Source: Bacteriovoracaceae bacterium (GTDB taxonomy: Bacteria; Bdellovibrionota; Bacteriovoracia; Bacteriovoracales; Bacteriovoracaceae). Taken from it: a stretch of DNA of 64,000 nucleotides. Under the pieces are notes generated by a model. It did not search any database. It worked only from the letters and a program-made list of their open reading frames with translations, and had not been told where the DNA came from. The translations under genes were made by a program, and so were the position numbers. The stretch is taken from NCBI GenBank assembly GCA_018649885.1, contig JABIHA010000075.1, forward strand, positions 1-64,000, in the 5' to 3' direction. This document shows, piece by piece, positions 47,867 to 58,224 of the stretch (positions within the stretch are counted from its first letter, which is position 1; every line of letters starts with the position of its first letter).

Positions 47867-49263
47867 TAGTGTCTGTCAGCGGCCCTAAAAGCTGCTGTTT
47901 CCTCTATAATTTGTGGCTCAAACTCTTGCATAATATCAATGAAGCTATCTACGTTTATACCACCGAGGTATGAATACCCTGCATCTTCTCTGACCTTCCA
48001 CCACTCTCGGACAGTTCCCTTACCCTTGGTATCTTCATAGTAAGTCATAAAACCTGGCTCATCTAGCCGGGTCCATTCAAAATTATCGACAGTAAAATCT
48101 TCTTTTGCCCTAAACAAATCCCAGTAACGTGTTCCTGGAAATGGAGTTAGTATTGATGTTGAACCAAAGCCCAATTTTCCGCTTCTAATATTTTTTAAAA
48201 TAAACTCATATGTCTGAACTAAATCAATTTCCTCTTCTTCAGGAACTCCAATAATAAAATTTCCACTTATACCAAGACCAGCATCATGGCATAGATCTAT
48301 AGATTTTTGATTCTTTGCTACTGTTGCACTACCAGCTTTTAAAACTTGAATAATTTTCTCTGAACCAGATTCAAACCCAATGGCCACTTTTGTAAATCCA
48401 AATTCTTGCAAGGACTTAACCATCATTTTATTCATGGTACTGACCTGAGCATAGCCCACTTTTGGTATTTTCAATATTTCTGGATCATTGTTTTGAGCGT
48501 AACTAATGCAATCTTTTAAGTAATTCACATTTACAAAGGCAATATCATCTCTAAAGACAATGACTCTAACATCATCTAGGGAGTCGGCAATATGTCTAAT
48601 ATCTGAAATTAGTTTACCAGGTGTTGGTCTTCTAACTTCTCTAGTCCAAGTTTGATAATTTGTACAAAAGTCGCACTTATAAGGACATCCTCTTGCAGAG
48701 AAAATAGCTGGAATTGATCTATTACGGTTAAAATAACCTAAGTCAGGAGCTGGAATTACATCCAAATCTTCCATCAAAGACCTAGGCTGGCCCATAACAA
48801 TACGTCCATTTCTCCTTCCAAAAACTCCTGGGATTTGACCAATTTGCTCATTGTCTTTACCACTATTCACACTTTCTACAAATTCAAGAAAGCTAAATTC
48901 ACCCTCACCAACTACACCAAAATCAAAATTTTGATCGAGGCTACTGGGAAGAGCTGTAATGTGAGCTCCACCTATTATGGTTACAGTGTCGGGAAATTTC
49001 TCTTTAACAATTTTAACGATATTTTTTGCGACTCCGTACTGATTTGATACGGAAGACAGGGCAACTAAATCGAACTTGGTCTCAGTGTAATCATTTAAGA
49101 ATTCATTGGAATCACAGGTTAGTATTTCATAGTCACTATCCGAATGAGTCTCAAGAAAAGTTTTTAATGTACAAATTGCCAATCCAACATCAGGACGCGA
49201 GGTCCCAAGTCTTGTAGTTTGTACTAAAGCTATTTTTTTAATTGTATTGTAAGTTTGTCCCAT
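47863..49263 (-). CDS. B12-binding radical SAM protein
   Basis: IGGAHIT, VVGEGE, ARGCPYKCDFC, GFESGS, PFPGT. Confidence 0.9.
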   Translation of the reverse strand: MGQTYNTIKKIALVQTTRLGTSRPDVGLAICTLKTFLETHSDSDYEILTCDSNEFLNDYTETKFDLVALSSVSNQYGVAKNIVKIVKEKFPDTVTIIGGAHITALPSSLDQNFDFGVVGEGEFSFLEFVESVNSGKDNEQIGQIPGVFGRRNGRIVMGQPRSLMEDLDVIPAPDLGYFNRNRSIPAIFSARGCPYKCDFCTNYQTWTREVRRPTPGKLISDIRHIADSLDDVRVIVFRDDIAFVNVNYLKDCISYAQNNDPEILKIPKVGYAQVSTMNKMMVKSLQEFGFTKVAIGFESGSEKIIQVLKAGSATVAKNQKSIDLCHDAGLGISGNFIIGVPEEEEIDLVQTYEFILKNIRSGKLGFGSTSILTPFPGTRYWDLFRAKEDFTVDNFEWTRLDEPGFMTYYEDTKGKGTVREWWKVREDAGYSYLGGINVDSFIDIMQEFEPQIIEETAAFRAADRHY

Positions 49264-49352
49264 AATTCTCTACCATTAAATGTTGTAAAACATGATGTCT
49301 ATCATATTTGTTACTATACTATACTTTTAAAGCCCTTTTATACAAATTCTCA

Positions 49353-50186
49353 CTAACTCTTTAGTAGCTGCAAAAAATTTCCACTAAAAATCTTGCTCTC
49401 TATTTCTGTTGCAAGCTTTAATGATTTAACTGCCTTAACTACTTGTTCTTGATTATGTGAATGGTTAAATGGAAAATCGGTGCCAAAAATAATTTTATCT
49501 GAAAGCCCAATATCAATATAATGATTGACCATCTTTATTGTCGAGGACACAGCCGTGTCAAACCAAATATTGTTAAAATTCTCTTTCATATTTTCATTGA
49601 GATAGTACATCCCGATCATCCCACCCATGTGGGCTGCAATGATTTTTAGCTCAGGTTTCTTTCTGGCCAGACTTAGCAAGTGGGCTCCAGAAGCATTTGA
49701 AATGTTAAATGGATGATCGACATGCGTCATGAGAAAAAGGCCATTTTCAATAATCTCATCTGCTAATTCACAAACACATTCACTATCAAGCGCAAAATCT
49801 CCTTGCCACTCAGGGTTAATTTTTACACCTACAATTCCATTATCTTTGAAACTCTTTATTAGTGAAAAACTATCACTGCAGCTGGGATTAATAGAGCAAA
49901 TACCCCAAAAATTGTCGGGCTTGTGCTTAGTAGCTTCCATAATGTAGTGATTATTTTCAGCACATAAGATGGCGCTCCTCCAGGGGAAAGATACAAGAGT
50001 AGATTTTGAAATTGAAGCTGCCTCCATTGATTTCTCAATACTCTCAATTGAACTAAGTGCCAGGGCCATCTCCCCTTCTGAATGTTTATAAATTGAAGAA
50101 ATTATTTCTTTCTCTCCTGCGGGCAAATCAGCATTAACTTTTTGAAGCCTGTCCGGAAGAGCATATACATGTGCATCTATTATCAT
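49353..50186 (-). CDS. Amidohydrolase_2 family protein
   Basis: IIDAHVY, GVKINP, IAAHMGG, WFDTA, FGTDFPF. Confidence 0.85.
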   Translation of the reverse strand: MIIDAHVYALPDRLQKVNADLPAGEKEIISSIYKHSEGEMALALSSIESIEKSMEAASISKSTLVSFPWRSAILCAENNHYIMEATKHKPDNFWGICSINPSCSDSFSLIKSFKDNGIVGVKINPEWQGDFALDSECVCELADEIIENGLFLMTHVDHPFNISNASGAHLLSLARKKPELKIIAAHMGGMIGMYYLNENMKENFNNIWFDTAVSSTIKMVNHYIDIGLSDKIIFGTDFPFNHSHNQEQVVKAVKSLKLATEIESKIFSGNFLQLLKS

Positions 50187-50842
50187 TTTAACTTTCCTAA
50201 AATATAAAATGTATGGGAGTCATTTATCTCTACAACACGATTCTCTCTGGGCAAAAAACCGCCTATTTCTTCTACTTCAACACCACAATTTCTTAGCTTT
50301 TCTAAGATGATATTGGGGTCAAACCAAAGGTGAGCATCTTCAGGAGTGAGCTCTCCCGATGTAAATTTATTCCAATTTTGGTTTTTAGTTGTAAAAAAAA
50401 TCGTTCCCCCCTGACCTAGTAAACTTACAAGCCCGGTCAAAGCGGTATCAATATTAAGACCACAGTTTTGAAGAACTCCAATGGAAGTCACTAAATCAAA
50501 TTTCTGGTCAATTAAATCGGTCTCAAAATTACCCGTCAATATTTCAACTCTTTTGTCATCCAAAAATTTTTCACGACAAAACTCTGCCAAATCAACACAT
50601 ACATCTATTCCAACAATATTTTGACAATGAGATGCATTCAACACAAGATCAATAAAGCTACCTGTTCCGCAACCAACATCAACCCATGAGTTTGTATCAC
50701 TCCAGTTAACTTTCTCAATCCCCAGTTTAAATCTATTGAGCATTCCCTCTCGAGATCCCCACTTTACTTTTTTGTGCTCATCTTTTTCAGAGAAGCTTTC
50801 CTGGTAATCAAGTCCTACATCTTTTGGCGAATTATGACTCAT
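50183..50842 (-). CDS. Class I SAM-dependent methyltransferase
   Basis: VDVGCGTG, GIDV, FDLV. Confidence 0.88.
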   Translation of the reverse strand: MSHNSPKDVGLDYQESFSEKDEHKKVKWGSREGMLNRFKLGIEKVNWSDTNSWVDVGCGTGSFIDLVLNASHCQNIVGIDVCVDLAEFCREKFLDDKRVEILTGNFETDLIDQKFDLVTSIGVLQNCGLNIDTALTGLVSLLGQGGTIFFTTKNQNWNKFTSGELTPEDAHLWFDPNIILEKLRNCGVEVEEIGGFLPRENRVVEINDSHTFYILGKLK

Positions 50843-51845
50843 TAAAAAAGCTCCTAAAATAATTCACTATTCGTTCTTTATTCTCAATTAAGTTAACTGT
50901 TTTAAAACCATGGTAGTCTTCCAAATTACTGGCAAACTTCTTTACATTTTCTAAAATCTCATTTGAGTCTAATTGATCTTGCTCTCCCAAATTAGAACCA
51001 ATTCCAAGTTCTGCAATGGCCCTGGCATTATAAATTTGGTCTTTTGATTGCACCAATACCATCATTGGCACTCCTAAAAAATACAACTCATTGCATGTTG
51101 TCCCACCGCTTGTGATTGCAAAATGACTAGATTGAAAAATTTCTAAAAGATTATCAGGACAATGGTAAATATTGGAATTTTCAGGAACTACTTCCAAAAC
51201 ATTTTTAACTTTTTCGCTATCGACCAATGGCCCATAGATCAAATTAATAGATTTTACACATTCAATTTCATTGATAATCAGTGCAATTTTTTGGGTCCAA
51301 TCATCAGGGTCTGATGCTCCCATAGTAATTGAAATTGAAAAATCTTTTGAAACTTTTCTGCCAACTCTTTTCACTGCTTCAAACTCACTTCGAAGCAGTA
51401 AGAACTCAGGGCCTATCATGCTATTTTCTTTGAGTTTTTCATTATAGGGAATACTAAATGCAGAAATACTTGAATTAATAATTCCTGTAAGATTCCAATC
51501 ATTTTTTTCACCGTAGTCATCAAAGGCCAAGCAGGTAAAATTAGAGTTCTTTAAATCGTCCAATATATTCTTATCGTATTGATAGGTGTCAAATACCACA
51601 ATTTTTGACTCTTCATTTTGATATTCACTCAAGGAGTTTTTTATAGAATCTTCTAGTATTTTAAATTTGTAATTTGGATAAAGCCTTGTGAAGTTTTCCT
51701 GTGATTTACTAGAAATTACAAAAAGACACCCAATCCCTTCATCTTCTAAGACATTTGCAAAGTTAATGCATCTATTTAAGTGGCCTAATCCAATATCAAG
51801 GTACCCATCGCATCGAAAAAAAACCTTGGGTTCAATTGAACTCAC
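50832..51845 (-). CDS. pseG: UDP-2,4-diacetamido-2,4,6-trideoxy-altropyranose hydrolase (PseG/SpsG)
   Basis: FRCDG..IGLGHLNRC, FDD, LLRSEF, MGASD, SGGTTCNE. Confidence 0.82.
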   Translation of the reverse strand: MSSIEPKVFFRCDGYLDIGLGHLNRCINFANVLEDEGIGCLFVISSKSQENFTRLYPNYKFKILEDSIKNSLSEYQNEESKIVVFDTYQYDKNILDDLKNSNFTCLAFDDYGEKNDWNLTGIINSSISAFSIPYNEKLKENSMIGPEFLLLRSEFEAVKRVGRKVSKDFSISITMGASDPDDWTQKIALIINEIECVKSINLIYGPLVDSEKVKNVLEVVPENSNIYHCPDNLLEIFQSSHFAITSGGTTCNELYFLGVPMMVLVQSKDQIYNARAIAELGIGSNLGEQDQLDSNEILENVKKFASNLEDYHGFKTVNLIENKERIVNYFRSFFNES

Positions 51846-52903
51846 TAATCCTCCAGATGCTCAATTAGAATAGGTGTATCTCTTGCAACTTTTGTCTTTA
51901 ATTTTTTTCCTAGTAAGCTTGGAATATTTTTTGCCTTAAGGCCTGTTCCAGGTCTTTTTAATGACAAGTCTTCTCTTGAAACGATATGACCTACTTCCAA
52001 ATTTTTCACAGCTACAACTGAACGGCGAAAAAGCATTCTCGTTTCCATTTCAGTTTTAGAGGGAGCTATTTTACTAATACCTCTCATTGTTTCTGCTTCT
52101 CTGACTTGAGAAACTAGAGCTTTTAGCTCTTGTGGATCAGCTGAAAGAGAATGGTCTGGACCCGCAAGGCCTTTATCAAGAGTAAAATGTTTCTCTAGAA
52201 TACATGCCCCCAAACCTGCTGCTATAGTGCAAGCGAGAATTCCCTCTGTGTGATCAGAATATCCTACTAAGCATCCAAAACGCTCTTTCAAGGTTTGAAG
52301 TCTTGAAAGGTTCGCCTCATCATTTGGAGTGGGATAAACCGAAACACAATGGAGTATACAATGTTGTTCAACTCCGTGATTTTTTAATATTTCAAGTGCA
52401 TCAGCTACTTCATCTTCATCTGCCATACCTGTTGATAAAATCATTGGCATCTTCTTACTCGCCACATATTCAATTAATGGCAGGTTGATAAGATCTTCTG
52501 AGCTTAGTTTAAAACATGTTATACCTGACTCCATGGCAATATCAGTGCTAAGTGGGTCTGCTACAGAGGTCATGGGAACGAGCCCAAGTTTCCTGCTGTA
52601 TTCAAATAGCTCTTTATGCCAGCTAGCCGGCAGCTCAAGCCTTTTGAACATCTCATACATATTTTCTTTTACAATTTTTCCATCATTTGTGTACTCATAC
52701 TCAAGATCTTTATCCGCCATAAATTCTTCAGCTCGAAAGCTTTGAAATTTCACACAATCAGCACCTGCTTCAAGTGCTGAGTCAATTGTCTTTTTTGCAA
52801 TTTCAAGAGAACCATTATGGTTCACCCCAATTTCTGCAATAATAAAAGTAGGATGGCCTTCACCAATCTCCACATTATCTATTTTAAAACTATTAGTGCT
52901 CAT
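51845..52903 (-). CDS. Nonulosonate synthase with SAF domain (NeuB/PseI/SpsE family)
   Basis: IAEIGVNHNG, KFQ, LSTGM, HCVSVYPT, GYSDHT, EKHFTLD, RRS...KRPGTG. Confidence 0.9.
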   Translation of the reverse strand: MSTNSFKIDNVEIGEGHPTFIIAEIGVNHNGSLEIAKKTIDSALEAGADCVKFQSFRAEEFMADKDLEYEYTNDGKIVKENMYEMFKRLELPASWHKELFEYSRKLGLVPMTSVADPLSTDIAMESGITCFKLSSEDLINLPLIEYVASKKMPMILSTGMADEDEVADALEILKNHGVEQHCILHCVSVYPTPNDEANLSRLQTLKERFGCLVGYSDHTEGILACTIAAGLGACILEKHFTLDKGLAGPDHSLSADPQELKALVSQVREAETMRGISKIAPSKTEMETRMLFRRSVVAVKNLEVGHIVSREDLSLKRPGTGLKAKNIPSLLGKKLKTKVARDTPILIEHLED

Positions 52904-53631
52904 AAGTTCTCTTTGCTGATGTTATTTGAAAAACAAATCTCTTTTGCATCAGGGCCATGATTGAATAATAGATCAACAAAGGCCATGTGTGAGAGAAACT
53001 CTCCAAAACGCTGTTCATATTCAGGGTGGTTGTAATCTTGAAAAACGACCTTCATATTCTCATTTTTAAATGAATCAACATCAATATAATCTTGGCCATG
53101 GCAACCAGTGAAAACAATATCTGCATTGAATCGCTTTCCATGCTCCAAGACTAAGTCAGACTTTGATTCTACAAAATCTTGCTCTGAGCCCATAACAATC
53201 TCAGCAGTTATATCAAACCAACTGAAGAGCTGCTTTAAAACAGCTAAATTCAAATCACTTAGTCTCTCCCACTTATTTTCAAGGTAGAGCCATTCGAAAA
53301 ACTGCTTATAATCTTTAAAAAATCTAGATTTGCCGTAAGCCATCTTTAGGGATTGCAAATGAACGGTAGGCCACCTTTTCTTCTCTTGAAGGTTTTCTTG
53401 GTCTACTATCAAAATTTCATTCAGCTTATTTGAACTAGAGTTCTTGAGGTCTACTGGCACAGTTAACCAAAGTGGCTTTCCCTGAGGAGATTTTATTTTG
53501 TTCCGGTTATTCCAGTCCCCACTCAAATATTGAACATCATCCATGTAGATAAAAATATCTGCCATCTTGGCCTTATGAATGAGTCCCAACCAAGGAAGAT
53601 AGACAGGTTGGTGGCCCGAAACAACTTTCAT
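52900..53631 (-). CDS. wbqC: WbqC-family protein (putative glycyl/aminoacyl transferase)
   Basis: HQPVYLPWLG, DDVQY, WNNRNKI, WLTVPV, DLLFNHG. Confidence 0.85.
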   Translation of the reverse strand: MKVVSGHQPVYLPWLGLIHKAKMADIFIYMDDVQYLSGDWNNRNKIKSPQGKPLWLTVPVDLKNSSSNKLNEILIVDQENLQEKKRWPTVHLQSLKMAYGKSRFFKDYKQFFEWLYLENKWERLSDLNLAVLKQLFSWFDITAEIVMGSEQDFVESKSDLVLEHGKRFNADIVFTGCHGQDYIDVDSFKNENMKVVFQDYNHPEYEQRFGEFLSHMAFVDLLFNHGPDAKEICFSNNISKENL

Positions 53632-53775
53632 CGCAAATCTCCGCAACGCAATAAATGGTCATTATCCATGAAAAAGGATACTATTTAAGACAAATAATTC
53701 TCTATGAGAAAAGAAGTCTATATTGTATATTTACCTTCTTAATATCTACAAGGAAAGCCCTCTGGGGAGCGTTTT

Positions 53776-54786
53776 ATGTTAAATGGAAGATCTATTTTAA
53801 TCACCGGTGGATCGGGCTCGTTTGGAAAAAAGTTTGTTGACCATGTCGTCCACAATTATCCAAATATTTCGCGATTAGTAATTTATTCTCGAGATGAGCT
53901 TAAACAATTTGAGATGGCCCAACTATACCCGCCTGAGAAATATCCATTTATCAGATTCTTCCTAGGTGATGTAAGGGACAGAGACAGACTGACTCGCGCA
54001 TGTGAAGGAATAGACCTCATTGTACACGCCGCAGCTTTAAAGCAAGTGCCTGCTGCTGAGTACAACCCAATGGAATTTATCAAAACAAATGTACTTGGAG
54101 CAGAAAATTTAATTGAGGCCTGTTTTAAAAATGGGGTCAAAGACCTTATCGCTCTTTCTACAGATAAAGCCGCAGCACCTGTAAACCTCTACGGGGCCAC
54201 CAAACTATGCTCAGATAAGCTTTTTGTTGCAGCAAATAATATGAAAGGCTCAAGAGAGATCAAATTTTCTGTCGTCAGATATGGCAATGTTTTAGGATCA
54301 CGTGGTTCTGTTGTTCCATTTTTTCTTAACAAAAGAGATTCTGGAGTCATACCCATTACTGACCCAGAAATGACAAGATTCACGATTAATCTGTCTGAGG
54401 CAGTAGAGTTTGTAATACAAAGCTTTAAGAGATATTCGGGTGGAGAAATCTTCATCCCCAAACTCCCATCATACAAGATCACTGATCTCGCTGAGGCCAT
54501 AGCCCCAAAATGTGAAGTCAAAAATGTTGGCATCAGACCTGGTGAGAAAATCCATGAAGAAATGATTACACTAATGGATTCACCTAACACACTTGAATTC
54601 GATGACTATTTTGCAATTCTTCCCCCTGGCCCCATGTGGGACAAGGATGAATATATGAAAAAGCATGGGGCTAAACCTTGTGAGCCCGGCTTTTACTATC
54701 ACTCAGGCAATAACACTAGCTGGCTAACTGTAGAAGAAATTAGAAAGCACGTTAAAGATCACGTGGACCCGAATTTCACAGTCTAA
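53776..54786 (+). CDS. pseB: UDP-GlcNAc 4,6-dehydratase (inverting)
   Basis: GGSGSFG, YSRDELKQ, HAAALKQVPAAEYNP, STDKAAAPVNLYGATKL, RYGNVLGSRGSV. Confidence 0.93.
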   Translation: MLNGRSILITGGSGSFGKKFVDHVVHNYPNISRLVIYSRDELKQFEMAQLYPPEKYPFIRFFLGDVRDRDRLTRACEGIDLIVHAAALKQVPAAEYNPMEFIKTNVLGAENLIEACFKNGVKDLIALSTDKAAAPVNLYGATKLCSDKLFVAANNMKGSREIKFSVVRYGNVLGSRGSVVPFFLNKRDSGVIPITDPEMTRFTINLSEAVEFVIQSFKRYSGGEIFIPKLPSYKITDLAEAIAPKCEVKNVGIRPGEKIHEEMITLMDSPNTLEFDDYFAILPPGPMWDKDEYMKKHGAKPCEPGFYYHSGNNTSWLTVEEIRKHVKDHVDPNFTV

Positions 54787-54804
54787 CCATTTGAGAGAGC
54801 AAGC

Positions 54805-55944
54805 GTGGACCCAATCCCCTACGGAAAACACACAATTGAGCAAGCTGATATAGATGCAGTTGTGGACGCCCTTAAATCAGGGTGGATTACTCAAGGGCCT
54901 ACCGTCTTAGAGTTTGAAAAGCAATTTGCTGAATATGTGGGAGCTAAATATGCTGTTTCAACTACAAGTGGAACTACTGCTCTACACCTTTGTGCCAAAG
55001 TTTTAGAAGCTGGTCCAAATGATACCTACCTTTGTTCTCCACTAACCTTTGTGGCCTCTTCAAATGCTATCCTTTACGAGAGTGGAAATGTTGAGCTAGT
55101 TGATATTTGCCCTAAGACTTACACAATGGATATTGACCGTGCTGAAAAAATAATTGAAAGCTCTCCCGGAAAATACACAGGCCTTGTAATTACTGATTAT
55201 GCTGGTAGACCCGCAGATCGAGAAAGAGTCAGTAAACTCTGCGAGAAATACCAGTTAAAAGTTATATACGATGCCTGCCACTCACTGGGAGCAAGATATA
55301 CTGACTCTTCATCAAATACCCATATTGTAGGAAGCTGTGCCTATGGTGGGATAAATGCTTTTTCCTTTCATCCAGTTAAACATATCACCACCTGTGAAGG
55401 CGGAATGATAACCACAAACGATAAAAAAATTTACAAGCGCCTTCAGCTATTAAAAACTCATGGCATTGTTAAAAACCACAATAATACTAGTACACCGTGG
55501 GTCCAAGAGATGGTTGAGCTAGGCTATAACTATAGACTTCCAGATATTTTAGCAGCCCTAGGAATTTCTCAGCTAAAAAGGGCCGAGGAATCTTTAGACA
55601 AAAGACTTGAAATTGCCGCTTACTACGATCGAGAGCTTAGTGAGCTTGAAATTGAACTTCCCCACCGCGATGCCAGCTTTAAACACGGCTTCCACCTATA
55701 TGCGATCCAAAGTGACCAAAGAGACCAGCTCTACACTCACTTACGTGCAAATAATGTAGGGGTGCAAGTGCACTACGTACCCGTTCATCAAATGCCCTAT
55801 TATATTGAATATTTTGGAAAGAAACTTGAATTCCCCAACACTGATAGCTTTTACCAGCGCTGCTTAAGTCTTCCCATCTATCCAACGCTTAAAAGAGAAG
55901 AACAAGATTACGTCATTCAAAAAATAAAAGAATTTTTTAACTAA
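54805..55944 (+). CDS. pseC: UDP-4-amino-4,6-dideoxy-AltNAc transaminase
   Basis: IPYGKH, TQGP, DACHSLG, FSFHPVKHITTCEGG, LGYNYR, QVHYVPVH; directly follows pseB. Confidence 0.88.
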   Translation: MDPIPYGKHTIEQADIDAVVDALKSGWITQGPTVLEFEKQFAEYVGAKYAVSTTSGTTALHLCAKVLEAGPNDTYLCSPLTFVASSNAILYESGNVELVDICPKTYTMDIDRAEKIIESSPGKYTGLVITDYAGRPADRERVSKLCEKYQLKVIYDACHSLGARYTDSSSNTHIVGSCAYGGINAFSFHPVKHITTCEGGMITTNDKKIYKRLQLLKTHGIVKNHNNTSTPWVQEMVELGYNYRLPDILAALGISQLKRAEESLDKRLEIAAYYDRELSELEIELPHRDASFKHGFHLYAIQSDQRDQLYTHLRANNVGVQVHYVPVHQMPYYIEYFGKKLEFPNTDSFYQRCLSLPIYPTLKREEQDYVIQKIKEFFN

Positions 55945-56031
55945 GAGATAGTCATACAAAAAGTTATTGAATCACTTACTAAAATAAGCTTCTTCTTTAA
56001 AGTTTTAGGGAGAGCAAAAATATCAATTCTA

Positions 56032-57759
56032 TTGTTATGCTCGCTGATCATAGGACTTTTAGAAGTATTTGGGGTTAGTTTAATCGTCCCCTTTGTATCT
56101 GTACTCAATAATCCCGATTCAATTAATAGTTCAAAATATATGAGGATGCTCTACAGTATTGCTGGATCAGATAGCACCGTAAACTTCATCGTAGATTTGG
56201 GACTATTAATTATTGTTGTCTTGCTATTAAAAAATAGTTTCACCATGTTAGTAAGATATATTAATTTTAAATTTTCGTTTACAGCACAGCATATTTTTTC
56301 AAGAGATCTCTATAATTCCTATCTAAAGAAAAACTACCTACAACATGTTCAACTCGAAAGCTCTACGCTTTTAAGAAATGTCACAAGTATTACGGGCTCC
56401 CTTGTAAATGGTATAATGATTCCAAGCCTCATGGTTTTAACTGATTTAATTATTATGACCTCTTTGGTCATCATGCTCTTGTATATAAATCCAGAGATCA
56501 CCCTCTACCTCACTCTGGGAGCTGGGACAGTATTATTTGGAATTGTATTCTTCACAAAAAAAGTTACAAACAACCTGGGAACCCAAAAAGAGAGACTAAG
56601 CCTAAAAATGTATAAAGTTCTCTCTGAGTCTTTTAAGGGAATTAAGGATATAAAGGTTTTTAATAAAGAAAGATTATTTTCAGAAGAGTACGAAGAGCAA
56701 AGTGAGCAGATGATAAAAGTTGATACTGGATTCAATACTCTTAGTATCTTCCCCCCTTACTTAATCGAGTTTATAGGAATTGCTTCAATTATTCTTGCTG
56801 TCAGATTTCTTTTGTTATCTGGCACAAGTATTAAAGAGATTCTCCCTCTTGTGACATTCTATGTTATGGCTGCATACAGAATGCTACCGATTCTATCAAG
56901 ATTCCCTGGAAATATTCACTTACTAAAATTTTACTCTTTTGCACTCGATATTATCTACCGAGACCTGAGAGATCTTTTTACAAACAAGAACACATTCAAA
57001 AAAGATTCCTCGCATACTGAAAATCCAATAACTTTCAATAAAAATATTTCTATTGAATCACTCAAATTCAAATATCCAACAAGAGAAGATCAAGCCCTTG
57101 GAGATGTTTCGCTTGAAATTCCCTATTGTAAGACGGTCGCCTTTATTGGGAGGTCTGGATCTGGAAAGACTACTCTTGTAGATCTTTTAATGGGCCTTTT
57201 CCCCGCCGATAGTGGAAAAATTAAATTAGATGGAGTTGAACTAACTGACCATAGCCTATTTCGTGATCTTATCGGATATGTCCCGCAAAATATCTTCCTC
57301 CTCGATGACACCATTGCTAGAAATATTGCGTTTACAACGGGACATGAGCAAATCGATAGAGAAAAAGTTAGTATTGCGCTAAAGCTAGCACAGCTCGATG
57401 AACTAGTTTCAACTCTTCCTAAAGGTATCGACACCTACGTGGGGGAAAATGGTGTGCAAATCTCTGGTGGACAAAGGCAGAGAATAGGAATCGCTAGAGC
57501 TCTGTACAAAGATCCTGCGTTACTTGTCTTTGATGAGGCCACTTCATCACTGGACAATGAAACAGAAGCAGAGATCATGGATTCAATTTATTCACTGGGA
57601 AAATCTAAAACGATTTTAATCGTTGCTCATCGGCTATCAACAATTAAAAACTGTGACATTATTTATCTTATGGGATCGGGGAAAGTTCTTGATACCGGAA
57701 AATTTGATGAGCTTTCAAAGAAGCACCCTGATTTTTTTAAGTTAGAAAATCAAGTTTAG
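56032..57759 (+). CDS. ABC transporter permease/ATPase, PglK/Wzk-like lipid-linked glycan flippase
   Basis: TM domain, Walker A GRSGSGKTT, ISGGQRQR, FDEATSSLD, AHRLST; true start probably further upstream. Confidence 0.85.
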   Translation: MLCSLIIGLLEVFGVSLIVPFVSVLNNPDSINSSKYMRMLYSIAGSDSTVNFIVDLGLLIIVVLLLKNSFTMLVRYINFKFSFTAQHIFSRDLYNSYLKKNYLQHVQLESSTLLRNVTSITGSLVNGIMIPSLMVLTDLIIMTSLVIMLLYINPEITLYLTLGAGTVLFGIVFFTKKVTNNLGTQKERLSLKMYKVLSESFKGIKDIKVFNKERLFSEEYEEQSEQMIKVDTGFNTLSIFPPYLIEFIGIASIILAVRFLLLSGTSIKEILPLVTFYVMAAYRMLPILSRFPGNIHLLKFYSFALDIIYRDLRDLFTNKNTFKKDSSHTENPITFNKNISIESLKFKYPTREDQALGDVSLEIPYCKTVAFIGRSGSGKTTLVDLLMGLFPADSGKIKLDGVELTDHSLFRDLIGYVPQNIFLLDDTIARNIAFTTGHEQIDREKVSIALKLAQLDELVSTLPKGIDTYVGENGVQISGGQRQRIGIARALYKDPALLVFDEATSSLDNETEAEIMDSIYSLGKSKTILIVAHRLSTIKNCDIIYLMGSGKVLDTGKFDELSKKHPDFFKLENQV

Positions 57760-57765
57760 GACCAT

Positions 57766-58224
57766 TTACTTTTTTGCCACAAAAAATATGTCATCGCCTT
57801 TTTCTTCCCATTTAGTAACCTTAGAAAAACCACTTTCTTTAATGATTTTTTCTAGAAAAGGCTTATCAAAAACTGATTTAACTTCATTTTTAGAACCAAG
57901 TAATGTTTCTACAAAACTTCCACAATCTGCATTTCTTTGATAGTTCGTTGAAATATGGTGAAAGTCTGGAGCTTTTATCTTCAAAACACCAGTCGGATTT
58001 AGAGCACAATTTAAGGTAGTTAAAAATTCATTTAAATGAAGATGGGAGACACGCTGTAAAACATCAACAGCATAAATTTCATCAAATTGAGAAACCTGAT
58101 CTATTGAGCCAATTTCTTCAAGTCCGGCACTGCTATACCCAGGAGCCACGTCACTACTTACATAGCCCAAGCTATGCCCATTTTTCTCAATATCTAGTAT
58201 TTTTTTATTCTTCTTTTGAACCAT
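57766..58224 (-). CDS. Degenerate methyltransferase-like protein
   Basis: DEIYAVDVLQ...LNPTGVLKIKAPDF resembles the C-terminal domain of 31668-33149; no Gly-rich SAM motif. Confidence 0.5.
   Translation of the reverse strand: MVQKKNKKILDIEKNGHSLGYVSSDVAPGYSSAGLEEIGSIDQVSQFDEIYAVDVLQRVSHLHLNEFLTTLNCALNPTGVLKIKAPDFHHISTNYQRNADCGSFVETLLGSKNEVKSVFDKPFLEKIIKESGFSKVTKWEEKGDDIFFVAKK

Noticed and set aside
2402..57434. Numerous 60-150 aa ORFs antisense to or nested in long genes (e.g. 2402, 6849, 9379, 23598, 54189, 57123)
   Set aside because: Shadow ORFs of well-supported genes, with no recognisable motifs
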